This document shows, piece after piece, positions 34,860 through 47,949 of a DNA stretch of 58,220 nucleotides. This DNA comes from Chiloscyllium plagiosum (Eukaryota). The DNA lies in contig NC_057718.1 in the NCBI RefSeq assembly GCF_004010195.1, positions 8,865,363 to 8,923,582 on the forward strand, read 5' to 3'. Under the pieces are notes generated by a model, which was not told the origin of the DNA, ran no database searches, and was given only the letters and a program-made list of their open reading frames with translations. Each line of letters opens with the position of its first letter. The stretch's first letter is position 1. The translations under genes and the position numbers were made by a program.

Positions 34860-35489
34860 AGCTTTCAAGACTTGCCCAAATGTCTGTCCTTCATTGATTA
34901 AATTAGTCGGTTGGTGACTATGGAGTGTAATGGGTGACCCACTAGTGTATGCCGCTGTAGAGCATCATGCTAAGTAACTTGCTCACACTCCAGCCATTGT
35001 TCATACTCAACATGGTCAGTGAGCCCTGAACATGCAAATTAATTACAAGACATCCTCAGGAAAACTGGGGATGGCTACTCTATTGCCAGTAGGATGAGGC
35101 AATGGCCTTCTGCAGCACGGATTCAGGCTGAGCAATTCATTCTGTATATACTCTCTATGTATTTTGTAGGACAACCTCCCCGCCTCCCACCCCACCTCCC
35201 ACCACCACCACCACCTTACCCCGCCATATCAAAGTACCCCGAGAGTTATAAGTGTAAAATGAGAAGCAATGTATTTGACTCTGAACTGCCCTCTGAAATG
35301 GCTAGCAAACCACTCAGTCAATGGGCTATTAGGGATGGACATTAAATGTTAGTCTTACCATCAACACTCATATCTCATTAAAGAATAAAAAGAATTAGAT
35401 GGAAGTCAACTCCCTAGTATAAATCTTATCAACAAATTTCACGTTCTCATCCTTAGAGTAAAAGTAGCTAATAGCTGTATATGCTAATA

Positions 35490-35960
35490 GCCATAAGACC
35501 AAAATAAAAGCTACAGGAGTAGGCCATTCGGCCTGCTCTGCCAATCAATAGCAGCATGATTGATTCAACACTCCTCACTTTCCTACCTTTCCAATCCTTT
35601 CCTCATAACCTTCGATTCTCCGACCAATCAAGAATCTCTCTATTTCAGCCTTAAATATACACAAGGACTCTGCCCCCACAGCTCTCTGTGGCAAAGAGTT
35701 CCAAAGACTCTCAAACCTCTCAGAGAAGAAATTCCTCCTCATCTCAGTCTTAAATTGGTGCCCCTTTATTCTGAGACTCTCGCCCCTGGTCCTGGACTCT
35801 CCCATGAGGGGAAACATCCTCTTAGCATTGACCCCTTACGAATCTGATGTGTATCAAAGAGAACAGGTCTCATTCTTCTAATCTCCAGTGAGTAGGGTCC
35901 CAACCTGTTTAACCTTAGATTATGAGACAATTCCTCTACACTCGGCTGCATTATTAGCAA
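35490..35960 (-). mobile_element. CR1 3' fragment
   Basis: MFPLMGESRTRGESLRIKG...FFSERFESLWNSLPQRAV. Confidence 0.88.
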
Positions 35961-35964
35961 TGTC

Positions 35965-37408
35965 AGAGTTGGCTAACGTGGGGCCACTGTTTAAGAAAGG
36001 TGGTAAGGACAAGCCAGGGAACTATAGACTGGTGAGCCTGACCTCAGTGGTGGGCAAGATGTTGGCAGGAATACTGAGGGACAGGATGTACATGTATTTG
36101 GAAAGGCAAGGACTGATTAGGGATAGTCAACATGGCTTTGTGCGTGGGAAATCATGTCTCACAAACTTGATTGAGTTTTTTGAAGAAGTAACAAGAAGAA
36201 GTAACAAAGAGGATTGATGAGGGCAGAGCAGTGGACGTGATCTATATGGACTTCAGTAAGGCATTCAACATGGTTCCCCATGGGAGATTAGTTAGCAAGG
36301 TTAGATCGCATGTAATACAGGGAGAACTAGCCATTTGGATACAGAACTGGCTCAAAGGTAGAAAACAGAGGGTGGTGGTGGTGGAGGGTTGATTTTCAGA
36401 CTGGAGGCCTGTGATCAAAGGAGTGCCACAAGGATCGCTACGTTTCATCATTTGGATGTGAACATAGGAGATATAGTTAGTAAGTTTGCAGATGACACCA
36501 AAATTGGAGGTGTAGTGCACAGCAAAGAAAGTTACCTCAGATTACAACAGGATCTGGACCAGATGGGCCAATGGGCTGAGAAGTGGCAGATGGAGTTTAA
36601 TTCAGATAAATGTGAGATGCTGCATTTTGGAAAAGCAAATCTTAGCAGGACTTATACACTTAATGGTAAGGTCCTAGGGAGTGTTGCTGAACAAAGAGAC
36701 CTTGGAGTGCAGGTTCATAGCTCCTTGAAAATGGAGTCGCAGGTAGATAAGATAGTGAAGAAGGCGTTTGGTATGCTTTCCTTTATTGGTCAGAGTATTG
36801 AGTACAGGAGTCGGGAGGTCATGTTGTGGCTGTACAGGACATTGGTTAGGCCACTGTTGGAATATTGCGTGCAATTCTGGTCTCCTTCCTATTGGAAAGA
36901 TGTTGTGAAACTTGAAAGGGTTCAGAAAAGATTTACAAGGATGTTGCCAGGATTGGAGGATTTGAGCTATAGAGAGAGGCGAAACAGGCTGGGGCAGGTT
37001 TCCCTGGAGCATCAGAGGTTGAGGGGTGGCCTTATAGAGGTTTATAAATTCATGAGGGGGCATGGATATGATAAATAGACAAAATCCTTTCCTTGGGGTG
37101 GGGGAGTCCAGAACTAGAGAGCACAGGTTTAGAGTGAGAGGGGAAAGATATAAAAGAGACCTAAGGGGCAACGTTTTCATGCAGAAGGTGTTACGGGTAT
37201 GGAATGAGCTGCCAGAGGAAGTGGTGGATGCTGGTACAATTGCAACATTTAAAAGGCATTTGGATGGGTATATGAATAGGAAGGGTTTGGAGGGATATGG
37301 GCCGGGTGCTGGCAGGTGGAACTAGATTGGGTTGGGATATCTGGTTTGGCATGAATGAGTTGAACTGAAGGGTCTGTTTCGGTGCTGTACATCTCTATGA
37401 CTCTGTGA
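35965..37408 (+). mobile_element. CR1 (HER1-like) LINE, RT domain to 3' tail, frameshifted
   Basis: PLFKKGGKDKPGNYRLVSLTSVVGK...SQHGFVRGKSCLTNL; KFADDTKIGG; LVRPLLEYCVQFWSP; tail ctctatgactctgtgac. Confidence 0.95.
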
Positions 37409-37549
37409 CATCGAACTGGAACCTGAGTGAAGAAGATTTTACTTAAGCTTTGTTACACTAGGCCTCTGAATCTAATCTCTAAATAGCTCATAAATGTTCA
37501 TCAGTTGACATGGGTGTGGTTCCTATGCCAGTGCTCATCTGCCTCATGG

Positions 37550-37910
37550 CATTCAGACAACCCTTATGTTCAATTAACGCCATGACCTCAGTGCTGTCTC
37601 TTTCTATAAACACATTTTGCTCTCCAACCCTGGATGGTCGTTCAATTCTGGACCCTCATATACCCTCAGTTTTCATCACCGTGATGTTGTTTTCATACCC
37701 AGATCACCCTTAAACCGTGTTATTTCCTTTCTCAACATTTCCACCGTCTCTCTCTCTCTCCTTGTACCTTTTCGACACTCAAAAAAAACCTACAGCAGTT
37801 GGTCACCTGTCCTTATAATCTCCTTCCGGGTTATCAAATTTTGTCAGAAATACAAGTCAGTGAAACACTTTATTATGTTACAGGTGTTAAATAAATGCTT
37901 GTGTTGCATT
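37550..37910 (+). mobile_element. Old L2-like 3' end
   Basis: ...cactcaaaaaaaacctac...ttggtcacctgtcc...gtgaaacacttt...aaatgcttgtgttg; similar to 22780-23290. Confidence 0.45.
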
Positions 37911-38537
37911 CGTGTAAAAGCACCATTTTTACCTTTTGATACCAAGGTCCTTTCAAGTACACAGTTTATAATCTGAGTATATGACCTGTCACACAGGTAA
38001 TGAAGACTTTGATACTGTAAATTTAACAGAGTCTTAAGTCTGTTCTTTCATTTGTTTACTGTGAAAGTGCAGCCAAAGCAGTGGAGTGTCGAACTGCCTG
38101 GTTGAGAAAAACAGATCACAAAAGCTGACGATAAACGGAGAGTCATCAGGAAAGATGTGCGTAGAATCTGTGTCCTGCAGTGTGCAGTGCTAAATCCCTT
38201 TCCGGTCTTGCTCTGTGTGAATGACATTGGAGCTAATATCACCTTCTTGGTCACGCTGTCTACTCTTGGTCAGGCTATGTCCTCTGTGTGGACAAATTCA
38301 ACACTTGCAGGACGCCTTCTGCCCTTTTGGGAATTCAAACAGAAAATTGCAGTTACCCGGGCAACTCTTTAATGTGTTACAGCCAGCTTTCTTGATAGAA
38401 AGAGAGTTTTTGCAAAAGTCTTTCCCTGTGCACTATTTAAGGTTGCAAACTGTGCTGAAGTACTAGATACCGACATTAAGTTAACATATAGCCTTTCCAA
38501 GTGTTTGCTCACACCAAATGTATGGCTCAACCACTTC

Positions 38538-38838
38538 ACAGAATCCACACAGTGTGGAAGCAGGCCATTCAGCCCATCTAGTCCACACTGATATTCTGAA
38601 GAGCACCACCCAGACCCAGACCCCTACTCTATCTTTGTAACTCTGCATCTCCCATGAATAATTCACCAAACTTAATCTTTGGAATGGGAGAGGGGAAGGA
38701 AACCAGAGCATCCGGAGGAAACCTACACAGACAAAGCGAGAAAATGTAGTCTCTGCACAGTCACCCAAGGCTGGAAGTCAACCCTGGGTGTCTGGTGCTG
38801 TGAGGCAGCATGCTAACCACTGAGCCACTGTGCCACCC
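38538..38838 (-). mobile_element. HE1-type V-SINE
   Basis: Head ggcacagtggctcagtggttagcatgctgcctcacagc on the minus strand. Confidence 0.82.
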
Positions 38839-39409
38839 GACCTAGCAATGCATTGCCTTAACCTCCCAGCTCATCTTATCTCAACTCGAAAGGAACACTT
38901 TCCACACATTTCAGAAACAAAGAGGTACTTTTGGAAGTACAGACACAGCTGGGACAATCGGTTCGCACGCAGAAATTCTCACAAACAGTGTTGGCTTTTA
39001 AAACCGGTAAATTCTCTTTTCCGCAATGTTCGTTGGGGGATGAAGCGTGATGAAGACAATCAAAATAAAACCAGAACATTCTGGAAATGCACAGCAGCAG
39101 GTTGATCCATGGACAGAGAAAGGGAGGTGATGTTTCAAATTGATGAGGTTTTGTTGTAACATGCCCCAGGTTTAGTTTGAAGAGCACAAAGTGGTTTTAA
39201 CACTCATCTAAATGGCCAGACATAACCCTTACACTACATTTCCATCAGGGCAGCATTCCCTCAATGCTTAACAAAAAACTGTAGCTCATCTTGAATATAT
39301 CGATCTATACTTTCTCCTGATCGGAAATACACATACATCCGACTCTGAGCTCAGCACTGATCCAGGGAAAACATGAAGATAGCGGATGCATCACAGTTTG
39401 ACCATAGAC

Positions 39410-39870
39410 CAAAGAACAATACAGCGCAGAACAGGCCCTTCAGCCCTCAATGTTGCACCGACCTGTGAACTATTCTCAGCTCGTCCCCCTACACTATCCC
39501 ATCATCATCCATGTGCTTATCCAAGGGCTGTTTAAATCTCCCTAATGTGGCTGAGTTAACTACATTAGCAGGTAGGGCATTCCACGCCCTTACCACTCTC
39601 TGCGTAAAGAACCTGCCTCTGACATCTGTCTTAAATCTATCACCCCTTAATTTGTAGTTATGCCCCCTCGTACAAGCTGCTGTCATAATCCTAGGAAAAA
39701 GACTTGCACAGTACACCCTGTCTAATCCTCTGATCATCTTGTATGTCTCTATCAAATCCCCTCTTTGCCTCCTTCTTTTCCAATGAGAACAGACCCAAGT
39801 CTCTCAGCCGTTCCTCATAAGACCTTCCCTCCAGACCAGGCAACATCCCTGTAAATCTCCTCTGCACCTT
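39410..39870 (-). mobile_element. CR1 3' end
   Basis: MIETYKMIRGLDRV...RFFTQRVVRAWNALP. Confidence 0.9.
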
Positions 39871-40325
39871 TGGTATGGCAACATCTTGGCCCAAAACTGC
39901 AAGAAATTACAGAGAGTTGTGCATGCAGCTCAGTCAATCACAAAAACCAGCCTCCACCCATTGACTCCATCTACACTTTCCACTGCCTTGTGAAAACAGC
40001 CAACATCATCAAAGGCCCCTCCCACCCCAGTTATACTCTCTTTTACCCTCTTCCATCAAGCAGAAGATACAAAAGTTTGAAAGCACATACCAACAGATTT
40101 AAGAACAGCTTCTTCCCCGCTGCTATCAGACTTCATGAACAGACCTCTCATACATTGGAATTGATCCTTCTCTTCACCTTCTCTGTAACTGTAGCATTGT
40201 AGTCTGCATTCTGCTCCATTACCCCAATGTGCTTATGTAAGGTACGATTTGCCTGGATAGCACTGCACCTTTTCACTGTATCTTGGTACATGTTACAAGA
40301 ATGAATCAAATTAAATCAAATCAAA
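39871..40325 (+). mobile_element. Rex1/Babar-clade LINE 3' fragment
   Basis: IDSIYTFHCLVKTANIIKGPSHPSYTLFYPLPSSRRYKSLKAHTNRFKNSFFPAAIRL; (aaatc)n tail. Confidence 0.8.
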
Positions 40326-40679
40326 GAATAGTCCTCTCTGCAACAGTTCTCCAGCAATACCAACACTGTGGCCACAAGGCTAGTGCAATGGATCCTGAGG
40401 ACATGCCCTCTAAACTCTCAAATGTTACCTTATAATGCTGATGACCTCAGCATGCTGCCCCTCCTCTGGGTTCTCTACCACACAGCACACCTTTAGAGTA
40501 CCATTGCTTCCAAATTTCCAAACCCATGTGCAGTGTTTAATTGCTCTGTGTTTGATTATACAATTTTGTTTATAGCTGAAGCTCACTGTGCTTGATTGGT
40601 TGAGCCTGGGTGTGGACTCAGAAGAGTAAACAGTTTGCAGACAGATCGAACCTAGAGTGAGTAGATACATTAAGGCAAT

Positions 40680-41205
40680 ATGAATAAAACCTATTACAGC
40701 CCCCAGGGTATGTTCGCAATGTACAAGGCACAAGGCAGGGGTGTAATGGAATACCCTCCTAGAGGGCTAGACATGTACAACTCCAACAACACTCAAGAAG
40801 CTCAACAGCATCTGTCACTTGATTGACACCTAATCTACCACCTTCACCGCTCACACCCTCCACCACCAATGTACAATGGCAGCACTGTGCACTTTCTACA
40901 AGATACACATTGAGGTTCCTTAAACAGTACACTCCAAACGTACAACCTGTGCCAGCTAGAGAGACAAGGGCAATGGGCATGTGGGAGTGCCACCGCCTGC
41001 AGATTGCCCTCCAAACCACACGCCACCCTGATTTGGAATTGCATTGTCATTCCATCATCATCACTGGGTCACAACGCTGGAACTCCCTGCCTAACAGCAC
41101 TGGAGGCAACCCTGGGGACTGCAAGAAAGTGGCTCAACATCACTTTATCGGGGCAATTAGGGATGGATAATAAATGCTGACCCAGACAGTAATGACCCCT
41201 GTGAA
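40680..41205 (+). mobile_element. CR1/L2-group LINE 3' end (family of 20330-21950)
   Basis: ctccaacaacactcaagaagctcaacagcatc...gggcaattagggatggataataaatgctg. Confidence 0.75.
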
Positions 41206-41889
41206 AAAGAAACTTGATCTCATCTCTATGTAAATTTTGAGTACAAAATATGCATCACACACAATCCTAACAGGAATTCCATCATTATTACTGGGTCAAT
41301 CTCCTGGAATTGTTCAGGTGATCTCAGCCTGGGAACATCAGCATGGTGGGGACTGCCGTGTTTCAGAAAGGCTTGAGGAATAAGTAATAAATACCAGCTT
41401 TTCCAGTCTCATCTACACCCCAAGAACTTTGCTTTTAAGGAAAATGTCAGATGAGACTAAACTTTCGCCTCTGAACAGTTTAAATGCCAGCCCTGCCAGT
41501 ATCCCCCTGAGACAGTAAATTAAAGTTAACAATTCTTCTTGATTTATAATGGTTTCATAACAAACATGTATTTATCGCAACTTTATTTTCTGAAATTAGG
41601 ACGGGAGGTCTGTTACCTCACAGTCTTTCATGTGAAGACTCTCCAGTCTATTCATGCTGCCACCATGTTACCCTTGGCAATTCTGCTGAAGAAGTGAACG
41701 AAATAATGTCGGATAAAAAAACAAGACTTCCTCAGAGTTCCAGTAACCTGTTCCTCATCTTGTGTAGATGATAACTATCTTGAAAACTGTGCCTGGAGAC
41801 CACTGAATAAGCAAACTGCACTAAACTACAGCATGGTAGATTACTGTCCTATCTCCGAGCAGAACATGTGAAGACTAGGTTCCCACAAT

Positions 41890-42700
41890 GAGACATAGAG
41901 ATGTACAGCACAGAAACAGACCCTCATTCCAACTCATCCATCCCAACCAGATATCCTAAATTAATTTAGTCCCATGTGGCCCATATCCCTCTAAATCCTT
42001 CCTATCATATACCCATCCAGATGCCTTTTAAATGTTGTCATTGTACCAGCCTCCACCGCTTCCTCTGGCAGCTCATTCCATACATGCACCACCCTCTCTT
42101 TGAAAAGGTTCTCTCTTAGGTCCCTTTTAAATCTTTCCCCTCTCACCTTAAACCAATGCCCTTTAGTTCTAGACTCCCCCACTCCAGAGAAAAGACTTTG
42201 ACTGTTCACCCTATCCATACCCCTCATGATTTTATAAACCCCTATAAGGTCACCCTTCAGCCTCCGATGCTCCAGGGAAAACAGCCCTAGCCTGTTCAGC
42301 CTCTCCCTCCAGGTCAAACCCTCCCATCCTGGCAACATCCTTGTAAATCTTTTCTTAACCCTTTCAGGTTTAACAACATCCTTCCTATAGCAGGGAGACC
42401 AGAATTGCACACAGTGATCCAAAAGTGGCCTAACCAATATCCTATACAACCACAACATGACCTCCTAACACCAATACTTGATGGTCTGACCAATAAAGGC
42501 AAGCATACCAAACGCCTTCTTCACTATCCTATCTACCTGAAACTCCACTTTCAAGGAACTATGAATCTGCACTCCAAGGTCTCTTCATTCAACAACATTC
42601 CTCAGGACCTTACAATTCAGTGTATTAGTCCTGCCCTGATTTGCCTTTCAAAAATACAGCACCTCACATTTATCTAAATTAAACTCCATCTGCTACTCCT
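41890..42700 (-). mobile_element. CR1 (HER1-like) 3' end
   Basis: ORF 41991-42458 LVRPLLDHCVQFWSP...WNELPEEAVEAG. Confidence 0.92.
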
Positions 42701-42819
42701 TGCCAAGGGACAGTTTTCATGGAACCACATTTCCCAAGACTTTGATATGTCCAAAACCAGGTTCTTTAAGTCACTTGAGTTAATTTGAATGTTTCTTTCA
42801 TTATTATTTACTAACAGGG

Positions 42820-43955
42820 TTTGTCCATCACTGGCTGGCCCATTCTTTATTGCCCGTTCCCCAGTTACCTTTTAGAAGCTGCCATCTTGAACCATTGCAG
42901 ACCCACAATGCTGTTTCTGAGAGAGTTCAAGGATTTTGACCAAGCGACGCCGAAGGAAGAGTGATAAATTTCCAAGTCAGGATAGTGAGCAGTTTGGAGA
43001 GGAAGCTGAAAGTGGAGCTGTTCCCATGTATCTGCTGCCCTTGTCCCTCTGGATGGAAATGGTCCCGGTTTTGGAAGGTGCTGTCTGAGGAACTTTGGTG
43101 GATTTCTGCACTGCATCATATAGACAGTACACGCTACTGCTACTGAGCATCAGTAGTGGAGGAGTGGATGCTTGTGGATGTGGTGTCAATAAGGACCAGT
43201 GCTGCTTTGTCCTAAATGATGTTAAGCTTCTTGAGTGTTGTTGGGGCTGCACGTATCCAGGGCAAGTGGGGAGTATTCCATCACACTCCTGACTTGTGCC
43301 TTGTAGTTGGTGGACAGGCTTTGGGGAGGCAGGAGGTGAGTTATCACAACAGTATTCTGAACTTCTGAACTACTGTAACACCCACTGTGTTTATGTGACC
43401 AGTCCAGATATATTTCTGGTCAATGGGGACCCTCAGGATGTTGATAGTGGGAGAATTCAGTGATGATAACACCCGTGAATATCAAGGGGCAGTAGTTAGA
43501 ATCATCATAGAATCCCTACATTGTGGAAACAGGCCCTTCAGCCCGATGAGTTCATACCAACCATCCAAAGAGTAACCCACCCAGACCCATTACCCTATTA
43601 ATCTGAATTTACCCCAGACTAATGCATATAATCTACACATCCCTGAACACTATGGGCAATTTAGCACAGCCAATTCACCTAACCTGCATCTTTTGGACTG
43701 TGGGAGGAAGCCGGAGAAGCGGAGGAAACCCACGCAGACACAGGGAGAATATGCAAACTCCACACAGACAGGTGGGAATCGAACCCAGGTCCTGGCGCTG
43801 TGAGGCAACAGTGCTAACCACTGAGACACCAACCCACCCCAACCCGATGGGCATTTGTGTAGCACAAATGTTACTTGCCACATTTTAGCCCAAGCCTGGA
43901 TATTATTCAGATCTTGTTGCATTTGGACACAGACGGCTTCAATATCATCAGTGAT
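42820..43955 (-). mobile_element. CR1/L2-group LINE 3' region split by an HE1 SINE (43505-43832, minus)
   Basis: Minus MQQDLNNIQAWAKMWQVTF. The reverse complement matches the 21000-21950 family. HE1 motifs at 43505-43832. Confidence 0.8.
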
Positions 43956-44636
43956 GTGGACTGCTTTAGTTTGGGGTGTTTTGTTAGATGAAAATAAGGT
44001 AAAAGAGAGATACAAAATGAAACATACAGGGAATGATAATGGAAAGCTGGTGTGGGAATGCAGTTACCTCTCCCCATGGACCAATAGTAAACGAATCACA
44101 ACAGGACTTGTACACAATGCGAGCAGCAGGGATTAGTTAATGAGGCAAGCTATCCTTTGTTATTTCCAAGCTTCAGCTGATATAGTTATCAGAATTAAAA
44201 TGACAGGTTGAGGAGAATAGCTCCTGGGAACTAGACTGTAAATGTTGCATTGATGCAACTGTGTACAGATCAGTCTAATGGAGTGCCTCAGGGTTTCCAT
44301 GACAACCGTGAGAAACAGTTTCCGTCTCGGGATGGAGGGCAATTGCGTGAATATTTCCCAGATATTTAACTCGGGCACAGTACAATTATGTAACACAATC
44401 AATCGCAAAATTAAATCCGGCTGAGAAGCTATCGGATAGTTCAGGCCCTCTGCTTGATTCAACCATAAGCAGGCCCCGTGTTTCAATGGGAATGTCACTA
44501 TGAATGGACCGTGCTGGTGACTATACCCTATAATGCTGAGCTATCAATGCATGCCTTGGATTTTTCCACATGAACTATTTCTGTATTTCACTGTGGTCAT
44601 GGTTAGAATAAAACTGGTGGCACTGTTAATCACAAA

Positions 44637-44891
44637 ATCATAGAATCCCGACAGCATAGAAGCAGACACTTCAGCCCACACTGACACACCCAAAAAGCAT
44701 CCAACCCAGACCCATCCCATGCCTGCATTTCCCACGGCAAATCTACCCTAACCTGCACTCCTTTGGACTGTGGGAGGAAACCCAGACAGACCATGCAGAA
44801 TCCACACAGACAGTCACCTGAGGGTAGAATCGAACCAGGGTCCCCAGTGCTGTGAGGCAACAGCACTGACCACCGTGCCACCATGTCACCC
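44637..44891 (-). mobile_element. HE1-type V-SINE
   Basis: Degenerate head and V-domain on the minus strand. Confidence 0.78.
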
Positions 44892-44894
44892 AAG

Positions 44895-46095
44895 AGGCAA
44901 GTCCCTTTAAAATTTGTTGGAGTACTGTGAGCAGATTTGAGTACCATGCCCTAGGAAGAATATACTGGCCTTGGAGAAAGTTCAATGTAAGTTTACAAGA
45001 ATGATACCCAGACTTTGGGGGTTAAGTTAGGAGGAGAGATAATAAAAATTAGGTCTAATTTCACGAGAATTTAGAAAATTAAGGGGTGATCTGATTGAAG
45101 TCTTCAAGATCGTAACAGGAAAAGACAGGGTAAATAACAATAAGCTATTTCCACTGACTAAAGATTCTTGAACTAAGGGTTTTTGAATTTGAATTTGTAT
45201 TGAATTTATTGTCATGTGTACTGAGGCACAGCGAAAAGCTTTATCTTGCGAGCAATACAGGCAGATCACAGAGTTAAGTAGCACAGACAGTAAGTAATAG
45301 GTAAACAGCAGCAAAAACAAAAATACAGGTACAGGCAAATGTTAAGAGTTTGTGAGTCCATTCAGTATTCTAACAACAGTAGGGTAGGAATTGTTTTGAA
45401 ACCAGCTGGTGCAAGTGTTCAGGCTTCTGTACTTTTTCCCCGATGGTAGAGGTTGTAGAAAAGCATTGCCAGGGTGGGATGGATCTTTGAGAATGCTGGT
45501 GGCCTTTCCTTGACAGTGGGCCTGGTAGACAGATTCTATAGATGGCAGGTTGGCCTTTGTGATTGTCCGGGCCAAGTTCACCACTCTCTGTAACCATCTC
45601 CGATCTTGAATGGTACAGTTACCATACCAGGTAGTAATACATCCAGACAGAATGCTGTTGATGGCGCACCTATAAAGGTTGGCAAGGGTATTCGCCGTCA
45701 TACCAAATTTCCTCAGCTGCCTGAGGAAGAAGAGACGTTGTTGGGCCTTTGTAACCAGTGTGTCCACATGAAGAGCCCAAGAAAGCTTATGGTGATGACC
45801 ACTCCCAGGAGCATGGTATGGTCTGAACATTAAGGTCAGACCATCCAGGAGAAATGTTAGGAAGCAGTCCTACACACAAAGGGTAGGAGAGATTTGGAAC
45901 TCTCTTCCACAAGTGACAGTGGATGTAGGATAACTTGCTTGTTTTAAATCTGAGATGGATGCATTCTTGTTGAGCAATGGTATTAAGGAAAATGGGCCAA
46001 GGGCAGGTATATGGAGTCAGGCCACAGATCAGCCATGATCACATTGAATGATGGAACAGGCTTGAGGGGCTGAATAGTCAACTCTTGTTCCTATT
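44895..46095 (+). mobile_element. CR1 3' fragment interrupted by a Rex1/Babar element
   Basis: CR1 pieces at about 44895-45180 and 45812-46095 are collinear with 55240-55765. Confidence 0.75.
45182..45811 (-). mobile_element. Rex1/Babar-clade LINE 3' fragment with an open ORF
   Basis: LSWALHVDTLVTKAQQRLFFLRQLRKFG...SILSGCITTWYGNC...LQRVV...KDPSHPG...LPSGKKYRS; (ttcaaa)n-like tail. Confidence 0.88.
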
Positions 46096-46269
46096 TGGCA
46101 GGCTGTGCTGTATAAGGTAGTTGGCTTTAAAGGGTTAACTTGAACACTTAGCAATAGCTCCATCCACCAATAAATTGACTGTTTTGGGGAGGAGCTAGCT
46201 AGTTGCTGTAGCTTGCTATTAGTTGTTAATCAGTTCTAAAAGCCAAGTTACTCTCTCTAGAAGGTGTTC

Positions 46270-46720
46270 TCAGTGAAAGAATGTTAACTAATTTGGAAGC
46301 CAGCCAGAGAAGATTCATTAGATTAATACCTGGAATGAGTGGATTGCCTAATGAGAGAAACCTGGGCATCTAGGTCTATATTCTTCGCTTGGAAGAGTCA
46401 GAGGTGACTTCATTGAAAGATTTAAGATCCTGAGGGGACTTAACCAGGTGGAGTTGGGAAGGATGTTTCCTCTTGTGGGGGGATCCAGAATCCATTTTAG
46501 ACGGAGATGAGGTAAAGTTTGTCCTCTCAGAAGGTAGTGAGTCTTTGGAATTCCCTTCCTCAAAAGACAGTAGGAGCAGAAATTTTAAATATTTTTAAGG
46601 TAGAGGGAGATAGATTCCTGATTACTGAAGGGATGAAAAATTATCAAGGAAATGTAGAAAATAGATTCATGTTAAAATCAGATAGGAATGATCATTGAAT
46701 GGCAGAATGTTCCTTGTTCG
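46270..46720 (+). mobile_element. CR1 3' fragment
   Basis: agagaagattcattagattaatacctggaatg...gagtctttggaattcccttcctcaaa. Confidence 0.75.
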
Positions 46721-47033
46721 TCAGTGTTGATCTGTTATACTTTGGCCAGAGCCAGTTGTTCAGCAACTGCTGAAAATGAACAACAACAAGAATTTGCAAA
46801 AGACCATTATCCATGGACATCCCATCAATATTAAAGACATACCTGAGAACATATGTTCATTTTGGCCATCTTCAACACATCCCAGCATGTTCAAGGACAA
46901 ACAAGTCCTAAAGCTGAAAACATTAAAAAAAAAAGAGTTACACCAGAGATACAGATGTATTGAACATGCAGGAAGACCAGCATGTCAGGCGCACACTGGC
47001 CAGAGATGAATTCAGATATTCAAGGAATGTATG

Positions 47034-47241
47034 ATATGGAGGTGCCGGTGTTGGAGTGGGGTATACCAAGTTAAAAATCACACAATGCCAGGTTACAAGT
47101 TTATTTGGAAGTACTAGCTTTCGGAGTGCTGCTCCTTCATTAGCTGGTTGTCATAACCACCTGATGAAAGAGCAGCGCTCTGAAAACTAGTGCCTCCAAG
47201 TAAACCTGTTGGACTGTAAGCTGGTGTTGTGTGATTTTTAA
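47034..47241. mobile_element. Fold-back PLE mini-element (family C) with hammerhead motifs on both strands
   Basis: TSD CAAGGAATGTATG at 47021-47033 and 47242-47254. + strand cac-CTGATGA-A-AGAGC-AGC-GCTCT-GAAA-AC-TA-gtg at 47158-47192. Confidence 0.85.
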
Positions 47242-47949
47242 CAAGGAATGTATGTGGGTCGTGGAAGTGGAAGGAGCTTCTACAATGTTCCATCCAACCC
47301 TTAGACAAAGGTAACAATGGATATATTGTACAGGGAAGATGACATCCTTGTGAGAGTTTACTTTCTCAAATTTCCAAAATTGTTGGACAACTTAGCAACA
47401 CAATTAGTGTTGGGATGGTCATTATTTTCATTTTTTATTGGGCAGACTGGATTTGAACTTCAATCACCAGGTCATGAGATCAAATTCAAGATGGTTATTC
47501 CTGGAGTTTATTCGCTGTGCTGCAGTTCCTCAAACACTCATGATGATCTTACATTGGGGCTCTTTTATGTTAGTGTGGAAACACATTCAAAAGAAAGAGG
47601 AGTCAAAATTGCAGTTTCTATCTTAAAAATGTAGCACACACTCTCTCCCTGAAGGAGCATTTATTTAAGTAAGAAGCAGTAAAACATGAAGGCTCCGAGA
47701 TCTCATAAGGGTATGGGAGGAGGCGGCCTGACTTCAGTTGTCTAAAAACCCTACACCCCACAGCCCATGAAGCTGGTATTACTGCTCAAATTAATGTCAG
47801 GTATAAAGACAGAAAACGTTGGCAGCACTCAGTGGGTCGGGCAGCATCTGTGGAGAGCAAAACATTTCAGACTCAAAGACCTTTCATTAGAACTGGTCCA
47901 GGCAAGTCCATGCCTGCAGCTTAAGCAGACTAAAACCTGGACACGTGGT

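Noticed and set aside
35888..37325. Possibly active LINE ORF2
   Set aside because: 5'-truncated, with several frameshifts and a deletion in the RT core.
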